Assembly: GCF_000497125.1 (NCBI RefSeq)
Contig: NC_090599.1
Span: forward strand, 806,001-870,000
Origin: Spironucleus salmonicida
Taxonomy: Eukaryota
Length of the DNA stretch: 64,000 nt
Direction of reading: 5' to 3'
The first letter of the stretch is position 1, and every line of letters starts with the position of its first letter. Positions 23,302 to 34,922 of this stretch are shown here, one piece after another. A program made the position numbers and the translations under genes. The notes below the pieces were generated by a model. That model did not search any database and had not been told where the DNA came from. It was given only the letters and a program-made list of their open reading frames with translations.

Positions 23302-23751
23302 TCACTATACGATAATGTTGTACCCGTTCTTGCGCACGCGCCTGAAGCCCCTGCAGTAGTAAACCCCGCCCAGGACTACCGCCAGGACGCTCAAGCTGGC
23401 AAGGACGAGCCATATTATGATGAACACTGGCGATGTAAGGTCGTGCTTGCTTTCCGCGGAGACGGGAATCAGCAAGTTGCCGTAAAACCCGCTGGGCTGA
23501 TTCACCTCGACATATATGTCATTCCCGGAACTCAGGAACGCAAAGCACGTCGGATCCTGGCAAATGAGGATAGTTGAGATTTTATTGCTTAGAGGAACAA
23601 GCTAATCCAAGAAAACATCAGCCTGTAAAGGGATACTGATAGTAAATGCTTCGTTTTATACATAATTACAATTTTTCACATCTATTTCAATGAAAATAGA
23701 GAGTGAGGAAACGGAGGTTGTTCCTGTCAAGCAAGCAAGTAATGGCAGCAT
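23302..23751 (-). CDS. Small type I membrane protein (149 aa)
   Basis: MLPLLACL N-terminus, TM VFIIIWLVLASLSVLAVVLGGVYYC, basic tail with YNII; TAG-TGA end. Confidence 0.7.
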
Positions 23752-24029
23752 TCTGTGAGTTTCTAGTAATTATATATATCAATATTTTATATAAAATAAT
23801 ATAACCGATTGATACAGTTTCAATGCATTATCGCAATAAATAACCTAATAAGAATAATAATATAGACTATATATAAATTTCTTAAATTAGAATAGGAATG
23901 TATATCACTCTTAGGAAGTTTTATATTGTTGTACAGTTTTACTTGAGCAACAAATAGGAGCTGTTGATCCTCATTTGATGTATTCTGCAGTTTATCCTAA
24001 AAGCAGGCTCATCTTGCACCATTGGCTTA

Positions 24030-26854
24030 TCACTTCCCTTCGAAATCTTTTAGTTTTCGCTGAAGCTTATTTACCGTCTCCAGCAGCTTTTGCCGCGCCT
24101 AAATCCCAAATTCTTATCCGGTGTAGGTCAGGCATATATCATAATCCATTGCAAACCTCATAGCCTCATTCTCTGGAAAATCAGAACAGAAAAATCGATA
24201 GATATATGCAAAAAATCGCATTCCAGATTCTATGCGAATTTAGGTATTGTCTGACATTAAAAATGTGGTGAAGTCATCTTTAAGCTGGTTGGCGAGGTTG
24301 GCAATTTTATTTTATTTTATAATCTTCTTGCTGAAGAAAACATACCTTATTACTGTCAAAACATTAACATCCTCAAAAATAACGTCTGTATTGGCTATAA
24401 TCTCTTGTATTTTAGTGATATCGATTTAGCTTTAGTTTTAGCCTTAGGCCTTAATTTTCTTAAGTTGCATTTCATAGTTCTTCATTTGCTCGGCATAAAT
24501 CGAATTTTATGTCATTGCTGTGAGCAGTTTCGAATTCAGCTCATCCTTCTTCGCATTTATTTGAGATTAGAGAATCATATTTTGCGATGATAGATTGTTT
24601 ATTTGCTAGTTCAACTAAGCAATCTCCATATCCTTCACGCTCATTTCGCGATGTTGAGACGTCAGCATCTGAGAACTTTGCATGGACTCATTGAGCTCTA
24701 ATTTAGTCGAGTGGAGCTCTCGTTTTAGGGTGTCATTTTCACTTATTAAGGTGATCTTAGCGGCTAAGTCGGCCTTAAGTTTATCAACATTGTCATTCAA
24801 AACAACAATTTATGCCTCCTGTGCCGATTTTATGTCCTGGATTTCTTTGCTTTTCGACGCATCTTACGCTTCCATTGACAGTTTTGCGTCTGAAATCTCT
24901 TATTACAGCTAATTTATCAATAGGATATGCTAATTTTGCTAGTGTGCCAGTTAATTCTCCAATGAGTAAATTTCCTCCTAAAATGTATCATTTTACGTTT
25001 ATAGTTATTAAACTTGATCTTTTAATATACTATTAGCGTTTTCCTGGTTTTACAGATTCTGGTTAAGTAAATCTAGTTCACTGTTCTTGGAGCTTAGTAT
25101 ATCTTCAATTGCAGAATCCTTGCTTTCTTGCACAGACGCTATTATCTTTTCGCTTTCTTGCTGCTGGGTGGCCATCAAGTTGCGTAGCGTTTTCTCCTAC
25201 TCTTAGAAAGAGATTTCCCGCTCCGCGATGGCGGTTTTCGCAGTGGTGATTTCTTTCTGCAGCTCATTGAGAAGGTTCGTATGCTGCTGCTACATGTTAT
25301 GGACCACCAACTCGTGCGAATCTATTAAATTATCTCGATCTAAATGATAATTTTCATCTAATTATGCGATATGTTTTTCAAAATCGTTTCTCGCGTTCTG
25401 GTATTTTTGAATATACTAGGTACCTTAGTCTTCATTCTACTTAATTAAATCTTATATATAGTCTTTTAGTTATATGGTTTGATTCTTAAAATTTGTACTT
25501 TGTGTGATACTGGTTTCATACTCCTATTCACGCTTAATAAGATCTTGCTAGCACGTTTTTAGCTAATTTTCCAATAAGGTTATACTATTTTACAAGTCAT
25601 GCACCACTGAATTTTTGCATTCTTGATCTTCTTTAGCCGCCTGCATATTAGTTGCATGTTCTGCTTTTAAGGCAGCAATCCCTGCCTCAAATTCAATCTT
25701 CTATGTTTTAATGTGGCCAGTAAGCTGATCTGCCTATTCTGAATGTTATAACAGACGCTACTCGTTTATTTTAGCGTGCTCTTATCGCATTGCGTCAAAG
25801 TTTAACTACATCTACGTTAAGAATTGTTAGGTTTCCTCCTGAATTTAGAGCACTTTCTATTAGCCAGCCTATACTAATTTGTGACAACTTTTTTCTATCT
25901 ATTTTATTTCGTCGACCAACTAGCAGTTCTCGATCATCAAGCCTTCTTTTTCCTTAATCGCATTGTCATACTTGAGGGCAAGATTTTACAAATTCTCGTG
26001 CTAAAATTGGCTCTCCTGCTCTGCAGCCTATAGTTTGTGGAGAACGGCTGCCTTACTTTCTAACAAATTCTGCTGCTCTAGCTTCACAATTTCCAGCAAT
26101 TCGCTGACTCTGGCAGTTTCTGCACCTTAATGGTCTAAAAGGCCTTATACGGATTTTATTCTCGAATCTAACTCTATGGTGGACTGCAAGTAGTTCTGCT
26201 TCTCTAGATCGGACTGCTCCTAAAGTTATGCGATTTTACAAAGCAGATTTTCTAGTTTTTCTTTGTGCGCCTTTTGCTGGAACTGTAGTTTATCGTCAGC
26301 AAACTTCAGCTCATTCTCCGAGTTCAGTATTGAGTTTTCCTACATTTTTTGCATCTGCGCTATTTCTTGCTACTGAAACTTCTGAAGGCTCTACTTCTCG
26401 GCTTCCAAATCTGCACTTAAACTTTGAATTTCGTCTTCGTGCTGTTTGACCTTAGTATCCATGGCAGCTTGCGATTCCTAGAGCTCTTGTTAGCATACGA
26501 TTTTTAACTTGCTCTAGATTTATCTTTCGATTTCCAGTTGCTCCTAATACTCCAATTCCATTTGTTTTGTCCTTTACGCGAACTACTCTTAAAACACACT
26601 TTATTTCTTGATTTACTGGTCGGCATCGACAGCTTTCGCATCTAGCTCGCTCTTCAATGCCTAGATTTCGCTGTTCAGCCGACTGACGACACTCTAAACC
26701 TCGCTCTGTTTTTCAATCTCAGCCGCCTTGAGCTAGGACCTGCTCTATTTCATATGCAGCTTATTATTGTACTTCTCCGCTTTCAATTCCTTGGACATCT
26801 ATGACAGTTCTTCTAACTGGCTTTTGACTTCGTTTTGCAGCTGCTTTTAGCAGT
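24030..26854 (-). pseudogene. Large coiled-coil protein, 5' part replaced by minisatellite (copy C; internal ATG at 26798)
   Basis: Gln/Glu/Lys-rich frame ending AAGTGA at 24030; diverges from the intact copy (52918..61527) at 26854. Confidence 0.75.
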
Positions 26855-26860
26855 ATTTTT

Positions 26861-27990
26861 GCTCACGCAAGCTGGGTAAGGTTCACGCAAGCTGGTCGGC
26901 TCACGCAAGCTGGTCGGCTCACGCAAACTGGGTAAGGCTCACGCAAGCTGGGTAGGTCACGCAAGCTGGTCGGCTCACGCAAGCTGGGTAAGGTTCACGC
27001 AAGCTGGTCGGCTCACGCAAGCTGGGTAAGGCTCACGCAAGCTGGGTAAGGTTCACGCAAGCTGGTCGGCTCACGCAAGCTGGGTAAGGTTCACGCAAGC
27101 TGGTCGGCTCAGCAAGCTGGGTAAGGCCGCAGCTGGGTAAGGGGGGGCAGGGGGTGGTCACGCAAGCTGGTGGTCACGCAAGCTGGGGGCAGTGGTCGGC
27201 TCACGCAAGCTGGGTAAGGTCACGCAAGCTGGGTGGTCACGCAAGCTGGTCGGCTCACGCAAGCTGGGTAAGGTTCACGCAAGCTGGTCGGCTCACGCAA
27301 GCTGGGTAAGGCAGCGGTCGGCTCACGCAAGCTGGGTAAGGTTCACGCAAGCTGGTCGGCTCACGCAAGCTGGGTAAGGCTCACGCAAGCTGGGTAAGGT
27401 TCACGCAAGCTGGTCGGCTCAGCAGCTGGGTAAGGCTCACGCAAGCTGGGTAAGGTTCACGCAAGCTGGTCGGCTCACGCAAGCTGGGTAAGGTCAGCAA
27501 GCTGGTCGGCTCACGCAAGCTGGGTAAGGGGGGGGCTCAGCAGCTGGGTAAGGTCACGCAAGCTGGTCGGCTCACGCAAGCTGGGTAAGGCTCACGCAAG
27601 CTGGGTAAGGTTCACGCAAGCTGGTCGGCTCACGCAAGCTGGGTAAGGTTCACGCAAGCTGGTCGGCTCACGCAAGCTGGGTAGGCTCACGCAAGCTGGG
27701 TAAGGTTCACGCAAGCTGGTCGGCTCACGCAAGCTGGGTAAGGTCACGCAAGCTGGTCGCTCACGCAAGCTGGGTAAGGTTCACGCAAGCTGGTCGGCTC
27801 ACGCAGCTGGGTAAGGTTCACGCAAGCTGGTCGGCTCACGCAAGCTGGGTAGGTTATGGTCCTCACGCAAGCTGGGTAAGGTTCACGCAAGCTGGGTCGG
27901 CTCACGCAAGCTGGGTAAGGCTTCACGCAAGCTGGGTCAAGGCTCACGCAAGCTGGGTAAGGCTCACGCAAGCTGGGTAAGGTTCACGCA
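26861..27990. repeat. 18/20-bp minisatellite, short noisy array
   Basis: GG(C/T)TCACGCAAGCTGG(GTAA/TC) units; indels and G-runs at ~27110-27560. Confidence 0.95.
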
Positions 27991-28709
27991 ATTTGGACCG
28001 GCGAGTAAAAACCCTAGAAACGACCCAGCAGAGCACATAATATCACCAAATACCCCTCCTTCCATAACCACAACTTCCGCACCAACTTTCTACGCGATCA
28101 GACTCGTTCACAACGTCGCTAACGCTAACGCCGTCCCCGGACGTGCTGAAGCGGTTCTACCAGAGCGTTGGGCAGCAGGTCTACCGGGCAGCCACGACGG
28201 CGGCGATCGCACCGCAGGAGCTCTACGCGCATTTCGCGAGCATTTCACAGCAAGTTTACGACTTCGCAAACGACATTCCCAGGATCGCTTCAAAGCTCAA
28301 CTTGAGCCTCCATTCCGCCAATTTGCAGTCCGCGTACGATCAAGTTTACGGTCAAATCCAGGCCGAAATTCTGTATTTTGTGGCGCAAACTTTCGATTTT
28401 CCGCTCCTTTTTACTCAAATTTCCGTTCCTTTTGCGCTGGAAGGGGCGTGGAAGGACGTGTTCCACTGCCAGCCGAAAGTGGGCGAGACGTACTCGCTGA
28501 GCGTCATTTTCGGTGCCGTAGCGCTGATTTTCGCGCTAAAATACAGGGCCCAGCCGCTCTAGTTTTCGGAGTGCAGCGGCACGCTGGGCGAGTTTCAGAG
28601 GAAGTTTGGGATCAAAAGCGACAAGGACCGCGGTAGCATGTGCCAGATCGTGCTGCCTCAGTGGACTGGCGGGATTCAAATTCCAGCTTATGTGAAGCTT
28701 GTGAAATGA
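27991..28709 (+). pseudogene. 5'-truncated duplicate of 19676..20647
   Basis: Begins at the satellite junction, equivalent to 19929. Confidence 0.75.
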
Positions 28710-28948
28710 GATTATTAATATATAATAATAGTAAAATTAAATTTTTTTACAGTAATAATTTGGATATAAAATATGATATTTTATATATAATAATAATTTT
28801 ATGTAAAATTTTAAAGTGATTTATATAATACTGTAAATTGTATAATATTTGTCATTTTATCATGTATTTACTAGATTGTATAGTTATTATTATAAGTTAT
28901 ATAATATTTGTAAATAAATTACATTACCACTTCACTACTAGATAAAAT

Positions 28949-30007
28949 ATGGCTCAGCCGCAATTCCCAGAACTTTTTTAGGATTAAACCGTCACTATCC
29001 CATCTTCTGACCTTGGTCCAGAACTTACCTTCTAAACTGAAAGGTCTGTCGGTAGTGGATCATTTGGTGTAGTCTTCCGTGCTCGCTCTCAAGATGGGCA
29101 GCACTTAGCAATCAAAAAAGTATTCCAAGACCGCAGGTATCGCAACCGTGAGCTATAGGTAATATAGCAGCTGCATCCTCATGAATTTATAGTTAAAACG
29201 GTAAATTACTATTTCTCTACAGCGAACTCCCAGTAAAACGGATATTATCTGAATCTTATTATGTAGTACTATCCAGAAAACGCGTATCAGGTTTACCGTG
29301 GCTTTGCTAGGAACGGTAAGAAGCTTCCGCTTTCCGACATTAAGCTATACACCTATCAGTTCCTTCGGGGCCTCGCCTGGATGCACTGTTTCTAGGTCAC
29401 AAACCGCGATCTTAAACCATAGAACACTTTAATTGATAGGTAGTCAGGAAGAGCTGTTCTTTGCGACCTTGGTTCTGCGAAGTAGCTCAACCCACAGGAA
29501 CCCAACATCGCTTATATTTGTTCTCGCTACTATCGCGCGCCAGAGTTAGTCTTTGGATCCCGCTTCTACAGTTGTGTTATCGATGTCTGGAGTTTTGCGT
29601 GCGTGGTTGCAGAGATGATGATAGGGAGACCTCTTTTCCCTGGTCAATCCCCAATCGACCAGCTGGTTGAGATAATCAAGGTTCTTGGCCCTCCATCTTT
29701 AGTTGATCTGAAGAATATGAATCCATAACTGCGGGAGTATAATTTTCCAACCATCTAGACTACGCCTCTGGAGTAGGTGCTGGGCACCAACGATCCAGTC
29801 ATCCTGGATTTCTTCAAGAACTGTCTCAGATACTCCCCAGGTCTTAGGTTTACCTGCTTCTAAGCCCTATAGCACGAGTTCTTCGATGAGGTAAGGGCGA
29901 AGAGCACTGACGACAGGCTCTTCCAGTTCAACCAGACGGAGGTGGACCAGGCCCTCACCCAGGTGGGCGTGGCGGGCGTGAACAAGCTCAAGAACGGGAG
30001 GGTGTGA
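28949..30007 (+). CDS. GSK3: GSK3-like kinase, copy D
   Basis: Copy C + 8062. Confidence 0.92.
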
Positions 30008-30101
30008 ATGTTGCCTTTCACTTACTGCCTGGCTCCGGACCAGCGGCCTGCGTGCTGCCTCTACTCTACTCCACTCCACTCCACTCGACCCTGGCCCTCG
30101 G

Positions 30102-30393
30102 CACGGGCGTCATCGTCAAGGGCTGCAACGTCGAGAATGCGGTCTCCCCCAACGGCGCCTGCGCCGAGAAGACGGCGATCGGCACCGCGGTCGCCCAGGG
30201 GCACCGCAACATCGTGGCGGTGGCGATCGTGACGAGGGACTCCGGGCTGCCCTGCGGCTCGTGCAGGCAGGTGCTGAACGAGTTCGGCGCGGACATGTGG
30301 TGCATCATGCTGAACGGCGCGGGCGAGGTCACGATGGAGATGCCGCTCACGCAGGTGCTCCCCCACGCCTTCGGCCCCAAGAACCTGCTCTGA
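30102..30393 (+). pseudogene. Cytidine deaminase 3' fragment (copy D)
   Basis: Copy C + 8062. Confidence 0.8.
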
Positions 30394-30441
30394 GCTGCTT
30401 CGTCACTGGATCTGGGCGCGCGGGACCCGGACTGGAGCCAG

Positions 30442-30514
30442 GCCGGTGTAGCTCAGTCGGTAGAGCACAGGACTCTTAATCCTGTGGTCGCGGGTTCGAG
30501 CCCCGTCACCGGTA
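30442..30514 (+). tRNA. tRNA-Lys(CTT), copy D
   Basis: Copy C + 8062. Confidence 0.95.
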
Positions 30515-30589
30515 ATTTTGTCGCGGCGCACCCCACACGAGACACGCGCGGCAAACTGCAGTCTGGGGTAAACTGCAGTCTGGGCAAAT

Positions 30590-30672
30590 TGCATTCTGTG
30601 GGGCTCGAACCCACGCGGGATAAGTCCCATAACGGCCTTAACGTTACGCCTTAACCACTCGGCCAAAAATGC
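30590..30672 (-). tRNA. tRNA-Leu(AAG), copy D
   Basis: Copy C + 8062. Confidence 0.92.
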
Positions 30673-30714
30673 ATGCCCTTCCGGGAGGACGCAGGCGCGC
30701 GCCGCCGGCCCACA

Positions 30715-31077
30715 ATGGAGGCCTCGCTCGCCGCCGCCCTGCTCGCCCAGGACCGCCGCCTCGCCTGCCTCGTCTTCGCGGTGTCGCTCGCGCTCGCCCT
30801 CCTGGGGCTGCTCACGCTCGACTTCGCGCTGGTCTCGCTGGCCGGCCTCGTGCTCCAGGTCGGCGTCGTCTTCTTCGTCGGCCTCGGCAACTTCCAGGCG
30901 TTTCTGCAGAGCCCGGAGCAGAAGCTCGCGTTCGCACTCATGATGCTGGGCGTCCTGGCCGCGCTGAACCACTACGTCGTGGTGGGCAGCATCCTGGAGT
31001 GGGGCGCATTCCTCTACCTTTTCAGCCCCTTCAGGTCCCTCTTCAAGGCGGTGTTCCGGCTGGTGGCCGCGGGCTGA
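30715..31077 (+). CDS. GOT1: Got1-like protein (copy D)
   Basis: Copy C + 8062. Confidence 0.75.
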   Translation: MEASLAAALLAQDRRLACLVFAVSLALALLGLLTLDFALVSLAGLVLQVGVVFFVGLGNFQAFLQSPEQKLAFALMMLGVLAALNHYVVVGSILEWGAFLYLFSPFRSLFKAVFRLVAAG

Positions 31078-31363
31078 CCGCAGTAGTGAGAGGAACCGCG
31101 CTCACTCGCAGGCATGTGCTCCCGCCGAGGGCTAGCGGCGCAGGCAGTGCGAGGGGGCTGGGGACCGTGCCAGCAGCTTGCTACCATTACTACCGCGGAG
31201 CAGGGACCCATCCAAGCGGTTCGCCCAGACACACGCTGGCTAGGGGTCCCGGAGTGGGGTGCGCGGCAGCTAGGACGATCGCCGAGGGAGGCGTGGCACC
31301 GCCTACTGTGACGACGGCAGGCAGCGGGTAAGGCACGACCTCAGCACCGAAAGATAAAAACTC

Positions 31364-31813
31364 TCACTATACGATAATGTTGTACCCGTTCTTGCGCACG
31401 CGCCTGAAGCCCCTGCAGTAGTAAACCCCGCCCAGGACTACCGCCAGGACGCTCAAGCTGGCAAGGACGAGCCATATTATGATGAACACTGGCGATGTAA
31501 GGTCGTGCTTGCTTTCCGCGGAGACGGGAATCAGCAAGTTGCCGTAAAACCCGCTGGGCTGATTCACCTCGACATATATGTCATTCCCGGAACTCAGGAA
31601 CGCAAAGCACGTCGGATCCTGGCAAATGAGGATAGTTGAGATTTTATTGCTTAGAGGAACAAGCTAATCCAAGAAAACATCAGCCTGTAAAGGGATACTG
31701 ATAGTAAATGCTTCGTTTTATACATAATTACAATTTTTCACATCTATTTCAATGAAAATAGAGAGTGAGGAAACGGAGGTTGTTCCTGTCAAGCAAGCAA
31801 GTAATGGCAGCAT
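31364..31813 (-). CDS. Small type I membrane protein (copy D)
   Basis: Copy C + 8062. Confidence 0.7.
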
Positions 31814-32091
31814 TCTGTGAGTTTCTAGTAATTATATATATCAATATTTTATATAAAATAATATAACCGATTGATACAGTTTCAATGCATTATCGCAATA
31901 AATAACCTAATAAGAATAATAATATAGACTATATATAAATTTCTTAAATTAGAATAGGAATGTATATCACTCTTAGGAAGTTTTATATTGTTGTACAGTT
32001 TTACTTGAGCAACAAATAGGAGCTGTTGATCCTCATTTGATGTATTCTGCAGTTTATCCTAAAAGCAGGCTCATCTTGCACCATTGGCTTA

Positions 32092-34916
32092 TCACTTCCC
32101 TTCGAAATCTTTTAGTTTTCGCTGAAGCTTATTTACCGTCTCCAGCAGCTTTTGCCGCGCCTAAATCCCAAATTCTTATCCGGTGTAGGTCAGGCATATA
32201 TCATAATCCATTGCAAACCTCATAGCCTCATTCTCTGGAAAATCAGAACAGAAAAATCGATAGATATATGCAAAAAATCGCATTCCAGATTCTATGCGAA
32301 TTTAGGTATTGTCTGACATTAAAAATGTGGTGAAGTCATCTTTAAGCTGGTTGGCGAGGTTGGCAATTTTATTTTATTTTATAATCTTCTTGCTGAAGAA
32401 AACATACCTTATTACTGTCAAAACATTAACATCCTCAAAAATAACGTCTGTATTGGCTATAATCTCTTGTATTTTAGTGATATCGATTTAGCTTTAGTTT
32501 TAGCCTTAGGCCTTAATTTTCTTAAGTTGCATTTCATAGTTCTTCATTTGCTCGGCATAAATCGAATTTTATGTCATTGCTGTGAGCAGTTTCGAATTCA
32601 GCTCATCCTTCTTCGCATTTATTTGAGATTAGAGAATCATATTTTGCGATGATAGATTGTTTATTTGCTAGTTCAACTAAGCAATCTCCATATCCTTCAC
32701 GCTCATTTCGCGATGTTGAGACGTCAGCATCTGAGAACTTTGCATGGACTCATTGAGCTCTAATTTAGTCGAGTGGAGCTCTCGTTTTAGGGTGTCATTT
32801 TCACTTATTAAGGTGATCTTAGCGGCTAAGTCGGCCTTAAGTTTATCAACATTGTCATTCAAAACAACAATTTATGCCTCCTGTGCCGATTTTATGTCCT
32901 GGATTTCTTTGCTTTTCGACGCATCTTACGCTTCCATTGACAGTTTTGCGTCTGAAATCTCTTATTACAGCTAATTTATCAATAGGATATGCTAATTTTG
33001 CTAGTGTGCCAGTTAATTCTCCAATGAGTAAATTTCCTCCTAAAATGTATCATTTTACGTTTATAGTTATTAAACTTGATCTTTTAATATACTATTAGCG
33101 TTTTCCTGGTTTTACAGATTCTGGTTAAGTAAATCTAGTTCACTGTTCTTGGAGCTTAGTATATCTTCAATTGCAGAATCCTTGCTTTCTTGCACAGACG
33201 CTATTATCTTTTCGCTTTCTTGCTGCTGGGTGGCCATCAAGTTGCGTAGCGTTTTCTCCTACTCTTAGAAAGAGATTTCCCGCTCCGCGATGGCGGTTTT
33301 CGCAGTGGTGATTTCTTTCTGCAGCTCATTGAGAAGGTTCGTATGCTGCTGCTACATGTTATGGACCACCAACTCGTGCGAATCTATTAAATTATCTCGA
33401 TCTAAATGATAATTTTCATCTAATTATGCGATATGTTTTTCAAAATCGTTTCTCGCGTTCTGGTATTTTTGAATATACTAGGTACCTTAGTCTTCATTCT
33501 ACTTAATTAAATCTTATATATAGTCTTTTAGTTATATGGTTTGATTCTTAAAATTTGTACTTTGTGTGATACTGGTTTCATACTCCTATTCACGCTTAAT
33601 AAGATCTTGCTAGCACGTTTTTAGCTAATTTTCCAATAAGGTTATACTATTTTACAAGTCATGCACCACTGAATTTTTGCATTCTTGATCTTCTTTAGCC
33701 GCCTGCATATTAGTTGCATGTTCTGCTTTTAAGGCAGCAATCCCTGCCTCAAATTCAATCTTCTATGTTTTAATGTGGCCAGTAAGCTGATCTGCCTATT
33801 CTGAATGTTATAACAGACGCTACTCGTTTATTTTAGCGTGCTCTTATCGCATTGCGTCAAAGTTTAACTACATCTACGTTAAGAATTGTTAGGTTTCCTC
33901 CTGAATTTAGAGCACTTTCTATTAGCCAGCCTATACTAATTTGTGACAACTTTTTTCTATCTATTTTATTTCGTCGACCAACTAGCAGTTCTCGATCATC
34001 AAGCCTTCTTTTTCCTTAATCGCATTGTCATACTTGAGGGCAAGATTTTACAAATTCTCGTGCTAAAATTGGCTCTCCTGCTCTGCAGCCTATAGTTTGT
34101 GGAGAACGGCTGCCTTACTTTCTAACAAATTCTGCTGCTCTAGCTTCACAATTTCCAGCAATTCGCTGACTCTGGCAGTTTCTGCACCTTAATGGTCTAA
34201 AAGGCCTTATACGGATTTTATTCTCGAATCTAACTCTATGGTGGACTGCAAGTAGTTCTGCTTCTCTAGATCGGACTGCTCCTAAAGTTATGCGATTTTA
34301 CAAAGCAGATTTTCTAGTTTTTCTTTGTGCGCCTTTTGCTGGAACTGTAGTTTATCGTCAGCAAACTTCAGCTCATTCTCCGAGTTCAGTATTGAGTTTT
34401 CCTACATTTTTTGCATCTGCGCTATTTCTTGCTACTGAAACTTCTGAAGGCTCTACTTCTCGGCTTCCAAATCTGCACTTAAACTTTGAATTTCGTCTTC
34501 GTGCTGTTTGACCTTAGTATCCATGGCAGCTTGCGATTCCTAGAGCTCTTGTTAGCATACGATTTTTAACTTGCTCTAGATTTATCTTTCGATTTCCAGT
34601 TGCTCCTAATACTCCAATTCCATTTGTTTTGTCCTTTACGCGAACTACTCTTAAAACACACTTTATTTCTTGATTTACTGGTCGGCATCGACAGCTTTCG
34701 CATCTAGCTCGCTCTTCAATGCCTAGATTTCGCTGTTCAGCCGACTGACGACACTCTAAACCTCGCTCTGTTTTTCAATCTCAGCCGCCTTGAGCTAGGA
34801 CCTGCTCTATTTCATATGCAGCTTATTATTGTACTTCTCCGCTTTCAATTCCTTGGACATCTATGACAGTTCTTCTAACTGGCTTTTGACTTCGTTTTGC
34901 AGCTGCTTTTAGCAGT
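32092..34916 (-). pseudogene. Large coiled-coil protein, 5'-truncated (copy D)
   Basis: Copy C + 8062; same satellite junction. Confidence 0.75.
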
Positions 34917-34922
34917 ATTTTT

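Larger units (their letters stand above)
19929..27990. repeat. Unit 1 of an 8062-bp direct tandem duplication (unit 2 starts at 27991)
   Basis: All ORFs recur at exactly +8062 with identical translations. Confidence 0.92.

Noticed and set aside
27110-27560. G-run variants as a distinct biological motif (also ~35835)
   Set aside because: Dropped bases and homopolymers look like long-read consensus errors.
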